Origin: Candidatus Anstonellales archaeon
GTDB taxonomy: Archaea > Micrarchaeota > Micrarchaeia > Anstonellales > J096
DNA: 64,000 bases
Assembly: GCA_038890615.1 (NCBI GenBank)
Contig: JAWAFI010000003.1
Coordinates: 1 to 64,000, forward strand
Direction: 5' to 3'
Position 1 is the stretch's first letter. Each line of letters opens with the position of its first letter. The notes below the pieces were generated by a model. That model was not told the origin of the DNA and ran no database searches. It saw only the letters and a list, made by a program, of their open reading frames with translations. Positions 19,795-29,700 of this stretch are shown piece by piece. Made by a program: the position numbers and the translations under genes.

Positions 19795-20919
19795 ATGCGA
19801 AGGCTTTCAAAAATTCAAGACATAGAGGAGCACCTGAAAACTTTTGCTGACTTGACAAGCTGGAGCCCTGCGCTTCCCGGAAGCATGCTTAGGGCGCCTG
19901 CGCATTCCTACCATAATTGGGGCATTCAGGTATTGCCTGATAATGTTGAATGGCTTTACGCAATGGCACAGAAGGCATATGAGGTGGAGTGGGCTTACAC
20001 AGACAAAGAGATAAACCTTCTTGTCGGGAATGCATCGCAGAATGCAGGGCTAAGCGATGTCAACACTGAGATGAATAAAATAGTCGGAGCATATGCTGCT
20101 CAATTCGCCTTAATGGGAAGGGAGGGTTTGGCAGTGATGGACATAGGGGCTGGTACAGGAGCAACCTCCATCGCTTTTCTGAATGCCTTGGGATGCAGGG
20201 CAAAGAAAGTAACCCTCTTGCTTGTTGAACCTTCACTAAAAAGGCTTCAGGAAGCGCAAGAAGCCATAGCGAAGCTTGGTTTTCATTCTGTGCCATTGGC
20301 AGGGAACGATGTTAGCGTTCTTAAGCAATTTTCTGATTGCAGCATTGATATGATCATATCAAATGCAGCAATACACCACAACTCCTTCAATGTCCATCTG
20401 GCTGAGATGAACAGAGTGCTGAAGCAAGGCGCACCGCTTATAAACGGGGATTGGCACAGCAGCATCTCAGAGAGCCCTGCAAGGGCATATTGGCTACTTT
20501 ACCTTCTCCAAGAGCCGCTTGGAACCAGATTTGAAAAGGTATTAGATAATGTTGCAAGAGGGGCAAAGATGGAAATTGCTTTTGAAAGGCAGGAGCTAAA
20601 AGAATTCAGGAAGTACTTTGGCCTTACATTGGAAATGCTTGAATGGGCTTTTATGGGCCTAAGCTCTTCTAAGAGAAAAGCAAACACAGGGATAATGAGG
20701 TTCTGGTTTGAGATAGGAAGGATATTCAGCCAGAGGGGCGAAAAGTCGCCTATTTATTTCCTTGAGGCGCATGAAAGGGCAGGCAAAAGGATTGAAAACC
20801 TGAAGAACGCAGGCTTTGAGTTTGACGAGGAATGCAGAAGAAAATACAAGGAGCTGTTAAGAAAGAAAGGCATAGGTGAGCTTGCCTGCGTGATGGTTGC
20901 CAAAAAGAGGGTTTTATAG
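19795..20919 (+). CDS. Class I SAM-dependent methyltransferase
   Basis: VMDIGAGTG, LVEPS, IDMIISNAAIHH, RVLKQGA. Confidence 0.82.
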   Translation: MRRLSKIQDIEEHLKTFADLTSWSPALPGSMLRAPAHSYHNWGIQVLPDNVEWLYAMAQKAYEVEWAYTDKEINLLVGNASQNAGLSDVNTEMNKIVGAYAAQFALMGREGLAVMDIGAGTGATSIAFLNALGCRAKKVTLLLVEPSLKRLQEAQEAIAKLGFHSVPLAGNDVSVLKQFSDCSIDMIISNAAIHHNSFNVHLAEMNRVLKQGAPLINGDWHSSISESPARAYWLLYLLQEPLGTRFEKVLDNVARGAKMEIAFERQELKEFRKYFGLTLEMLEWAFMGLSSSKRKANTGIMRFWFEIGRIFSQRGEKSPIYFLEAHERAGKRIENLKNAGFEFDEECRRKYKELLRKKGIGELACVMVAKKRVL

Positions 20920-21564
20920 CTTTTTTGCAATCTCTATTGCTTCTTTAAGGTCCTTGGCAACAGCAAGAGCTTTGCTGAAATCCTGCGCCTTTGAAAATTC
21001 AGTTGGCACTGCAATTACCCTTATCCCTGCTGAGCTAGCGGCTTCAACTCCTGATGATGTGTCCTCAAATGCTATTGACTTTTTTGGGCTTGCCCCTGTT
21101 TTTTCAAGGGCTTCCAAGTACAAGTCAGGGGATGGCTTTCCGCTCTTTCCTTCCTTGAGGCCTATCAGCAGGTCAACCTTGCCATCAAGGCCTGCTGCGC
21201 CAGCCTTTTCAATGAGCCTTTGCTCAACAGAGCCAGAAACAACACCAACAACCGAGCTAACTCTTTTCATCTCATTTATCGCATGCTCTGCATAGGGAAG
21301 AAGAGGAATGCCTTCTTTTGCTGTGATTTGCCTTGCATAACCATCCCTCTTGTCCCTTAGGGCAGCGGGGTCCTCTGCCAAGCAGAATCTAGAGGACAAA
21401 TTCAAAGCAATAGTTATGGCATCCAAGCCGCTTAAGGAGGAGTAATCTCTCTTGGTTATTTTATGGCCATACTCAGAAAGCACAAGGTTCCACGCCCTGA
21501 AAGCAATCCTTTCGCTGTCAGCAAGCAAGCCATCAAAGTCAAAGAAAGCAGCGTCAAACTTCAC
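20914..21564 (-). CDS. HAD-superfamily phosphatase (beta-PGM/CbbY-like)
   Basis: FDFDGLLADSE, KPSPDLY, FEDTSSGVEAA; GTG start at 21564 avoids overlap with the tRNA. Confidence 0.9.
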   Translation of the reverse strand: MKFDAAFFDFDGLLADSERIAFRAWNLVLSEYGHKITKRDYSSLSGLDAITIALNLSSRFCLAEDPAALRDKRDGYARQITAKEGIPLLPYAEHAINEMKRVSSVVGVVSGSVEQRLIEKAGAAGLDGKVDLLIGLKEGKSGKPSPDLYLEALEKTGASPKKSIAFEDTSSGVEAASSAGIRVIAVPTEFSKAQDFSKALAVAKDLKEAIEIAKKL

Positions 21565-21575
21565 TGAAGCACCAG

Positions 21576-21659
21576 TGCAGGGGGTGGGATTCGAACCCAC
21601 GTAGCCACTAAGGCACTAGCCCCTCAAGCTAGCACGTTTGGCCGCTCCGCCACCCCTGC
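21576..21659 (-). tRNA. tRNA-Leu(GAG)
   Basis: GCAGGGG/CCCTGC acceptor, CTAGC-TTGAGGG-GCTAG anticodon arm, long variable arm, GTTCGAATC; no encoded CCA. Confidence 0.95.
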
Positions 21660-21700
21660 TTTTGCCTATAAAATGAAAGTGGCTGTTTAAAAAAGTTGTG

Positions 21701-23521
21701 CTATTTCACGGTGACGCTTTTTGCAAGGTTCCTCGGCTTGTCGATATTCAGGCCTTTCAGCATTGCAGTGTGGTGGGCTAACAGCTGGAGGGGCAATACG
21801 CTTATTATTGGCGAAAACATAGGGAGCGTAGAAGGCACCTGAAAGAATGCGCCATTTGAATCAGAAACGCAAAAAATTAGCCCTCCCCTTGCTTCTACTT
21901 CTTTTATATTCCCTTCCATGTCATCAAAATTTTCATCTATCATGTTTATAGCAATAACAGGAGTGCCTTTCTCAACTAATGCAAGCGGGCCGTGCTTAAG
22001 CTCGCCTCCTGCATAGGCAATTGAATGGATATAGGATATCTCCTTGATTTTCAGTGCCCCTTCCAATGCTATTGGGTAGCTCCTTCCTCTCCCTATGTAA
22101 ATAATGTATTTGTTGCCTGCAATCTTGAATGATGCTTCCTTTGCCTTCTTGTCTACCTTTTTAAGGCAATAGCCTATCTTTTCCGGGATTCTGCGCAATT
22201 CAGAAATCTCCCTGCTAACCTTATAGCCATTCACTGCCCTGAAGTAGAGGTTAAGAAGGAAAAGCACTGCTAACTGGGAAGTAAAGGCCTTTGTTGAGGC
22301 AACGCTTAGCTCAGGCCCTGCGTAGATAAACTTGCCCCCATCAGTTTCCTCTGCAATAGTGCTTCCTGGCACATTGCATATTCCAAAAGTAGGCTTATCC
22401 CACTCGTTCACCTTCCTTAGCACATTTATCGTGTCTGCTGTTTCCCCTGATTGGCTTATGAAAACATAGAGATCATAAGTGTCTTTAAGGGTATGAAGAG
22501 CTTCTGAAGAAAGGAAGGCATTTGCCTCTATCTCAGGCATTTTGCTGAACGAGTAGGCAGCACATAGTGCAGCATGATAAGAAGTGCCCGCTCCAATAAA
22601 AGCGATCTTCTTTGCCTCCTTTAAATAGCTGGGGTCTATGCTGCCAAGATCCCCAAGGCCGTTCTCAGGCCTTCCCCTTTCTATCCACTCTTTAAGGAAC
22701 TCCAGCCTCCCCTTTCCACTGCTTCCTGTGAGAGCCATCCTGACTGATTTTTCCTGTTCATAAATTTCCTTTAGCATGAAGGTAGGGTATGAACCCTTTG
22801 AAACTTCAGCGCGAGCAAAGGAAAGGGTTTTTTTCTCAGTAACCCCATAAATTTTGTAGCCCTTTTGGCTTATCACCACTGCATCCCCGTCATTAAGCGA
22901 AAAATATTCGCCGGCCCTTCCTATAAGGGCATTAACATCAGAGCTTATGTAAGTTCCATTCTTTCCTATCCCTACTTTAAGGGGGCTTCCAAACCTCGCG
23001 CCAACTAAGTAGTCAAACCCAGCACAAAGAACTGCTATCCCATAGGTTCCTTTTAGCTTCCCTTGCACATGCTTAACTGCTTCCACTAAGCTTTTCTTCT
23101 GCTTAAGCTCTTCCTCAATCAAGTGGGCAATAACTTCTGAGTCAGTTTCAGATGTAAATTTATGCCCCTTAAGCCCCTGCTTGAGCTCTTGATAGTTTTC
23201 TATGATCCCGTTGTGGACAACTGCAACTTTCCCGTCGCAGCTTAAGTGAGGGTGAGCGTTCCTTTTGCTAGGCTTGCCGTGGGTTGCCCACCTCGTATGG
23301 GCCACTGCGAGGAAAAACCCAGGGTTCAAAAACCTGTTGTCCTTGAAAACCCTTTTCTTCAAGGTTGAAACTTCTCCTTTTATTTTCTCAACCTCAATAA
23401 CTTTCCCATTCGAAATCGCAAGCCCTGCAGAATCATAGCCCCTGTATTCCAGCACTTCGAGCGCATTTATTGACTCTATTGCAGCAGGGAGGAATCCAGC
23501 ATACCCGATTATGCCGCACAT
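21701..23521 (-). CDS. glmS: Glutamine--fructose-6-phosphate aminotransferase
   Basis: MCGIIG start (Ntn Cys), EYRGYDSAG, HTRWATHG, SQSGETAD, GELKHGP, PRNLAKSVT. Confidence 0.97.
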   Translation of the reverse strand: MCGIIGYAGFLPAAIESINALEVLEYRGYDSAGLAISNGKVIEVEKIKGEVSTLKKRVFKDNRFLNPGFFLAVAHTRWATHGKPSKRNAHPHLSCDGKVAVVHNGIIENYQELKQGLKGHKFTSETDSEVIAHLIEEELKQKKSLVEAVKHVQGKLKGTYGIAVLCAGFDYLVGARFGSPLKVGIGKNGTYISSDVNALIGRAGEYFSLNDGDAVVISQKGYKIYGVTEKKTLSFARAEVSKGSYPTFMLKEIYEQEKSVRMALTGSSGKGRLEFLKEWIERGRPENGLGDLGSIDPSYLKEAKKIAFIGAGTSYHAALCAAYSFSKMPEIEANAFLSSEALHTLKDTYDLYVFISQSGETADTINVLRKVNEWDKPTFGICNVPGSTIAEETDGGKFIYAGPELSVASTKAFTSQLAVLFLLNLYFRAVNGYKVSREISELRRIPEKIGYCLKKVDKKAKEASFKIAGNKYIIYIGRGRSYPIALEGALKIKEISYIHSIAYAGGELKHGPLALVEKGTPVIAINMIDENFDDMEGNIKEVEARGGLIFCVSDSNGAFFQVPSTLPMFSPIISVLPLQLLAHHTAMLKGLNIDKPRNLAKSVTVK

Positions 23522-23531
23522 GCCTATTCCT

Positions 23532-24044
23532 CTATTCTTTTTTGTAATAAGCAAGGATCTGCCAGAAATTCCAGCCAACTGTCTTTTGCCTTGAAAGGCC
23601 AAGCTTCTTAAGCGTTTCCTTGATGTCTTTTTCAGAGGGCGCCTCAATCTCAGCAAACGCTGGTATCCCTTTATGCTCATCTATTTCTATCCTGACATTC
23701 CCAAGAATGTAAGAAGTCCTTTTCTTCTTGAGGCGCTTTATCTCTTGCATGCCAACAGAGCAGAGAATCTTTTTTGCCTCCTTAAAGTTCGAAACTCCGA
23801 TCTCCTTCTCCTCCATAATTTTCATGCAGTCGGACTTCAAGCTTGTCTTGAATGTCAGCATTACCTTCTTGCCCTGCTTCCTGAGCCTCAAGATTGAGCC
23901 GCTCTTCTTAAGCTCCCCTCCCTGAAAGTCAAAATAGATGTTCTCAACAGGGCCGCAATACTCTCTTTTTGCCTTAAGCTCGGCAAGCCTTTTTTCGAGT
24001 GCTTTCTTGTCTATGTCAAGCACTTTTGTCTCAATTTCGCGCAT
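23532..24044 (-). CDS. cyaB: CYTH-domain protein (class IV adenylate cyclase-like)
   Basis: EIETK, NIYFD, LRLRK, LTFK, KKRTSY, FAEIE. Confidence 0.88.
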   Translation of the reverse strand: MREIETKVLDIDKKALEKRLAELKAKREYCGPVENIYFDFQGGELKKSGSILRLRKQGKKVMLTFKTSLKSDCMKIMEEKEIGVSNFKEAKKILCSVGMQEIKRLKKKRTSYILGNVRIEIDEHKGIPAFAEIEAPSEKDIKETLKKLGLSRQKTVGWNFWQILAYYKKE

Positions 24045-24065
24045 ATGCTATATTAGAAAGCTATT

Positions 24066-24653
24066 TTAAAAAATACTGCCCTTCCTTTCTGGAAGCACTA
24101 TCGTGCCTTCTTTCTTACACCCTGCCTCATAGCCTTTGCCCTCAATAAAAAGCTTGATGGTTATTGCAGCGCATATTGCATCCATAACATCCTGCGGCTG
24201 TTCTGGGTTTACCTTAATTCCAGCCTCATTTTCAATCCAGCTTGCTATTGCTTCCTTGTCTTTCCTGCTTATTCCAAAAAGGTCATATGTGGCTCCTGGA
24301 TATACCTCATAAACCTTCGCTCCGCTCTTTTCAAGGGCTTTCTTCAATCTTATTCCCCTTTCTGTAAGCTTCCTCATAGGACCAAGGAAAATAGGGAAGA
24401 ACTTTATCCCAAGCTTCCTCAGCTCCAAGTCGCATTCCCTGAACTGCGGGCCTATCTTCCCAATACACTTCCTTCCTTTTGGAAGTGAAAGCGGGGCGTC
24501 TATCCCGATATGGGTTGCGCCTTTACAAACCTCAATAATGTCTTTGTCTGAAAAGGCAATTCCATATTTTTCCCCTTTTTTTGAAATAATGCAATAGCCG
24601 GTGCTGCGTTTTTCGCTGCCAGCCAAATCAATCCCCGCAACAACGACCATCAA
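24066..24653 (-). CDS. DUF429-family predicted RNase H-like nuclease
   Basis: GIDLAG, IGIDAPLSLP, RECD, EVYPGA, DVMDAICAA. Confidence 0.85.
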   Translation of the reverse strand: MMVVVAGIDLAGSEKRSTGYCIISKKGEKYGIAFSDKDIIEVCKGATHIGIDAPLSLPKGRKCIGKIGPQFRECDLELRKLGIKFFPIFLGPMRKLTERGIRLKKALEKSGAKVYEVYPGATYDLFGISRKDKEAIASWIENEAGIKVNPEQPQDVMDAICAAITIKLFIEGKGYEAGCKKEGTIVLPERKGSIF

Positions 24654-24710
24654 CGGATATAGAGAGAAAGATTTAAAAATAATATACTATTTATTATAGC
24701 GGTGAACAGA

Positions 24711-25079
24711 ATGGCAGCACCAAAAAATAAGGATTTGCTTGCAACATATGGGCCTTGGTTCTTTGTACTTGCCGTTTTAGTGGCTATAGTTGCAGGCTTG
24801 CTTAGCTTGGATCCAGTGCTAGCAACGCTTTTGATGGTAGTCCTAGGTCTATTAGTAGGAATAACCAACATTACTAGTGAAGAGGAAATGCTATTCTTAG
24901 TGGCTTCCTTGGCTTTTATAGCAGGGGCAGGGTCCCTTGGTCCCCTATTTGCAACCCTAAACACAGTGTTTGCTTTCGGGACTATCCTTGCAAACATCCT
25001 TAATTACTTCGTTGCATTTGCAGCACCAGCAGCGTTCGTGGTTGCACTCAAGGCACTCTATAGGATGAGCAAGGACTAA
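24711..25079 (+). CDS. Small multi-pass membrane protein
   Basis: About four hydrophobic helices; GLLVGITNITSEEEMLFL; FAAPAAFVVALK. Confidence 0.75.
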   Translation: MAAPKNKDLLATYGPWFFVLAVLVAIVAGLLSLDPVLATLLMVVLGLLVGITNITSEEEMLFLVASLAFIAGAGSLGPLFATLNTVFAFGTILANILNYFVAFAAPAAFVVALKALYRMSKD

Positions 25080-25145
25080 AACTAAACACTTAACCTCCTT
25101 AACTTAAATTTTTTCTAAAAATATTTTTCAATTTCTAAAATAGTA

Positions 25146-25412
25146 TTAGAGGATCCCTAAAAGGAAAAAAATCAATACAAGCACATATCCAGCAAATCCT
25201 CCAAAAGCAACTATTGCAATAGTTATTATGTTGATAGGAACCCCTATGCCAAAAAGATTGGTTATAAACAAAGCAACAAGGCCAGCAACAGAGTTTAATA
25301 TTAATGTTTGGAGCATCTTTGAGCCAAACCTAAAAACAAGGTAGGCAAAAACAACTGCGCATATAACAGCAATAAAAGCAGGCACTAGCATAAGCATGCT
25401 TTTCATATGCAT
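25146..25412 (-). CDS. BofA-like small membrane protein
   Basis: LILNSVAGLVALFITNLFGIGVPINIITIAIVAFGGFAG matches the BofA-family pattern. Confidence 0.65.
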   Translation of the reverse strand: MHMKSMLMLVPAFIAVICAVVFAYLVFRFGSKMLQTLILNSVAGLVALFITNLFGIGVPINIITIAIVAFGGFAGYVLVLIFFLLGIL

Positions 25413-25444
25413 TTTGCAAATAAAAGCTTTTTGGAAAAATAGTT

Positions 25445-25897
25445 TTGGAAATTCTAAAAAAGTTTTACAATAAAAGCCAAGTTTTTTCCTTTGAGCAGTG
25501 TAGGTTATGGGCTTAAATTAAGCAATTGCTTAAAATATACGAGAGAAAGAAAAGCTTTTTTAGTGCTTAATCAAAAAATCCGTTTACCATTTAAGTATAC
25601 AAGAAAATAATTAATTTACTATATTGGTAAACAACAAACTAAAAGCACTTAGGCCTTTCCAAAAGCTGAGTTTATCATAATGGTATGATAATGAACACTT
25701 TGGATAGCACAATAATGCTTGGTTGCTAAAAAAACCAAAAAGCTGAGAGAGAGCATATTTTTGTTTACCATAATGGTGTAGAGAAAGCACTAAAAATACC
25801 ATTATGCGAAACTATACCAAAATAATGCGAAGAGTATAGGGTTTGAGCGCCAAAATAAGGAAAATAAAAAAGATTGTTGGAAATTCTAAAAAAGTTT
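25445..25897. repeat. 21-bp direct repeat TTGGAAATTCTAAAAAAGTTT (25445-25465, 25877-25897) bracketing an AT-rich non-coding region
   Basis: Exact repeat read directly; 16-bp palindrome TTAAGCAATTGCTTAA at 25518-25533. Confidence 0.8.
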
Positions 25898-25922
25898 AAG
25901 AAAATAAAAAAGATTATTAGAA

Positions 25923-26399
25923 TCAAAGTGTTGGTTTCTTGAAAGCAAGCAGGCAAAGCTCAGTTGGCCCTTTTGAGCTATTCAAATTAAGCATCACAAA
26001 CTTCCTAAGCTCCTCAACCTTTTGCCAGTCAGAATAAAAAGATGCAATGAGCTCAGGGTTGTAAGCACGTAGCGAAGTATGTAAGGGGCTGTTGCTTATG
26101 AAAAGGTGGGCGTTTATGCCATCAGGAAGCGTCTTGTCTTTAAGATAAGAAAAGTAGGGCACTAGAAGAAAAAAGGAAATCTTAGGTATAAGGAATGAAG
26201 TAAGTATTGAAAAGTAAGGCCCTTTTATTGCCCTGAGTGAATCTGGATGGTCCGTAGGTCTATGGTAAGAAATAAGGATTGATGGCTCTTTTGCAAAACT
26301 GTTAAGGCGCTCAACAAAAATTGGGTAATTAAAGCCCTTCTTTGAGTTGTACCAAGCCTTAAAATACGCAACGGCCTTTTCCTTAACCTCCATGTACAA
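25923..26399 (-). CDS. Hypothetical protein
   Basis: 158-aa ORF, no recognisable motif; start uncertain (26399 or ATG 26393). Confidence 0.5.
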   Translation of the reverse strand: MYMEVKEKAVAYFKAWYNSKKGFNYPIFVERLNSFAKEPSILISYHRPTDHPDSLRAIKGPYFSILTSFLIPKISFFLLVPYFSYLKDKTLPDGINAHLFISNSPLHTSLRAYNPELIASFYSDWQKVEELRKFVMLNLNSSKGPTELCLLAFKKPTL

Positions 26400-26554
26400 T
26401 AAGGCGGTAAGAAATATTTAAGCATTTTGGAAAAGAATGTAAATAGGGAGGGCTAAATGCATCATGGCGACCATAGGAAGGATAGAAGAAGCAGGGAGCT
26501 TCACATGTAATAAAAGAGGCAAAGGAAATAATTGAAATAAGGCAAGAAGCTTAG

Positions 26555-26719
26555 GTGGGTGGGAAGATAAAGTTCAAAAAAAGGATAGAATATTTTATCA
26601 GCTCAGATGGCTCAATAGTTGAGAAAGAGTTGGTTACGGTAAGCCCTGAGGATTTCTATAAAATGAAGGAAAAGAGGAAGCTAGCACAGCTTTTTAGGGA
26701 AGGCAGGAAAATAGATTAG
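26555..26719 (+). CDS. Small hypothetical protein (54 aa, not in the ORF track)
   Basis: GTG...TAG, MGGKIKFKKRIEYFISSDGSIVEKELVTVSPEDFYKMKEKRKLAQLFREGRKID; ends 15 nt from the convergent gene. Confidence 0.5.
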   Translation: MGGKIKFKKRIEYFISSDGSIVEKELVTVSPEDFYKMKEKRKLAQLFREGRKID

Positions 26720-26734
26720 TTTCCTTTTGGCCTG

Positions 26735-29700
26735 CTATTCCTCAATCTCTTCATCTTCTTTTATGTTGCTTGCCCTCTTTGAGATTCCCATAAGTATTGG
26801 CAGGGCCTCATTTATTCCATTCACTATTTCTTCAGCACCTTTTTCATTCCATGGAGAAGTGTAAGTTTTTATGATAGGGCTTAACCCCTCCTTTATCTTT
26901 GCCTCAGAAGAATCCAAGTTATAGGTTGGGGAAACAAGCATTGCCACAAGCCCTGCATCTTGGTACTGCGGACCCTTTACATTCCTTGTCTTTTCCCTGT
27001 AAACCTTGGCATATTTCCTTAGTTCCTTCAACTGCTTTATTATTCCTTTTATATCCCCAGCATTATCCCCAAAGTCAGTGAAAAATACGAAAAGTATTGA
27101 AGGTGCAACAGCCAACTCTTTTTTCCAGAGATGAGCAACAACCTCATCTTGTATCTCCTCCATCCTTTTCTGGAAGTTTCTGAGCATACCTGGTATGTCA
27201 GTCCCTCCCCCTGTTGATTCAAAATCATAGAAAACACGCACCATCGAGGGGTCTGAGGGGCTTTTTTCCACAGTGAATTCAGTTGCGTCTATGTCAACAA
27301 GGGTGTCATCAGAAGCCACGGAAATTAGCCTTACCTTTACAAGTGTGTCTTTCTTTCCTTTGGAAAGTATTTTCTGCGCAGCGATAAGTGCAAGCGCATG
27401 TTTCTTGGCAACTTCTTCTCTTTCAGGATCGCTCATGCTTCCGCTTGTGTCAATAACAAGGTAAATGTTGATCGGCCTTATTCTCAGCTCGCTGCCTTTT
27501 TCGCTTGTCTGTATAAGCTTCCTCTCAAAGCTTCGCTCTAATCCCTTTATGTCTCCTGAATAAACGCTCTCAACAAACTTCCTTATGTTGACATTTCCTT
27601 TCTTCCCAACTTCAGGCACAACCGTGAATTCCCCTTCTTTTATTCTGCTCAATAAATTAATATACTTGTCAACAATCTCTTTCTCAATTAATTGGTCGTA
27701 AGGCATCTTCTGCTTCTCCTTGATTTTGAAATTCTGCTCCTTTGCATCTTCCCTCTCCTTTTCCTCCGTATCACTTCTACCTCTTTTATCAGTCTTTTTA
27801 GGATGCACTGGCGCCTTCTCATGCGCCTCATCACTTTCTTTTTCCATCTTGTTGACCTCCTTGCCGCGCTCGCCCTTTCCATCTTTAGGGCTTTTTTTGT
27901 TGGCAGGAGATCCTCCTCTTCCTTTTCTCCTTACTCCATCCCCACCCTCAAATTCTTCTCCTCCCTCGTCTTCTTCTTCCCCCTCTGAATAGAGCTCAAT
28001 TATCTCTACTTTTACATCCCTGAACACAACAGCAAGCGCAAGGTATTCCATAGAGGCTTCTAAAGCCCTATTCATGGATTTTTCAATGCCTCCTGGTCCT
28101 TTTATCGGAACCCCTTTGCTGTCAACTGGAACTAAGTATCTCATCAACCTATCAAGTTCCTCTACGAATATAGCAGTTTCTGGGTTATTGGAATGGAAGA
28201 ACATAGGATAAAGCGGTCCTAGTTTTGTTTTGAGAAGGGTTAGAGCCATTAATTCAGTCAATGAATCCTCTTCAGCAGGGCTAATAATTTTCCCTCCTTC
28301 TTCCTTACTGCCTTTTACCAACTCATCCCCTTTTAATTTCTGTTTGCTTGCATCTTCTATCTGCTTCCTAAGGTCCTCTGCCCTTTCCTTATGTGCAGCC
28401 CAAAGCAAGGTATAAACTCCCATCCTATAAGCTGCCCTGAAATTTTCTATAGAGTCATTAGGCATTTCGCCAAGTGCTTGAATTACCTCATCTGGCCCAT
28501 CTGATTGTGTAAATGCAGCATCTATTTTGTAGTCCTCAAAAACATTTAAGAGATATTCAAATCCAATTTGAGGAAACAGAAAAACAAATGATTTTATATC
28601 TTCATCCCATTTTTTTATGTCGTTTCCGTACATTTCCTTTCCTGTCTTGAGCATAACATCCATTAAAGTTTTTGCTATATCTTCCATAATCACCTCTTTT
28701 TTATTCCTTTTACTTAGATTGAACTTTGAATCAACCTCTTCGGTAGCTTTTCGAATAACCAAATTTATGAAGCTTTCAAGCTTTCTTAGCCTTTCAACTC
28801 TTTCTGGGGTGAACATGTCATTGAACATTTTCTGCGTGGCAAAAAGGTCAACCCTTGGCTCTGCTGAAATGTCAAAAATAAAGCTGCCTTCCTCAATGTG
28901 CCCAACCTCATGCCTCATAAATTTAAAGAAGAGCAGAGAATTCATTTCTTCTGTATTGAAAAATGTTAAAAATGGTTTTATGAAAATGTTCCTGTTGTTT
29001 GTGGCAGCAGGGGCTTTCAAGTCAATAGTGTAACTTAGCATATGCTGATACTTTGGAAAGAGATAAGAAATATCAGTGCCTAGAAAAAGAGATAAACCAT
29101 GCTTTTGGGCAGGCAGCCTGCTTGTTCCTGTGTTTATTCCCAAGTCGATTACTCTGCACCCTTTTGCATCCAAAAAATCCCTTATGTCATTGTCCGGAAC
29201 AGTATACAGAAAAGAATTAACTACCTCTGGAAAAACAGATAATCCTTTGTTGCTCTTCATTTCATTGAATAAATAATTCAAAAATTCGTCCTTTGAAGCT
29301 CCTATTTCTCCCTTCTTTACCCTTTCAACCATATCTCGGTTCACCATAGGAAGGGAATCAAGCAGACCTTCAAGCCCCCCAAGCTTTTCTACCACCCATT
29401 CTAGGTCCCTTTTTGGTATGCCCTCTTCAAGAGAAATAATAGAATGCAGAGCCTCACTAAGGTTTCTTTTTACCTCTGACGGCTTTTCATTTATGCTAAA
29501 AAATTTCATCACTAAAAACTCAAGGTAAGGTACTAGCCCATACTTTGTATCTGTAATAGATGGGAAAAAAACCAACGCAGGATTGTTAAATTCCTTTACT
29601 ATCTGTGCTTCCACTGCTTCTGGTGGGTATTTTATATTGTTGCTTTTAATAATGTCTGCGGCAAGTATAGCTCCTGCAATTGCCCTCGAAAAGCTGCCTT

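Noticed and set aside
25413..25922. CRISPR array or short ORFs (25611..25802, 25765..25956)
   Set aside because: Only two copies of the 21-mer, 432 nt apart, with no regular spacers or cas genes; the ORFs are low-complexity AT-rich translations
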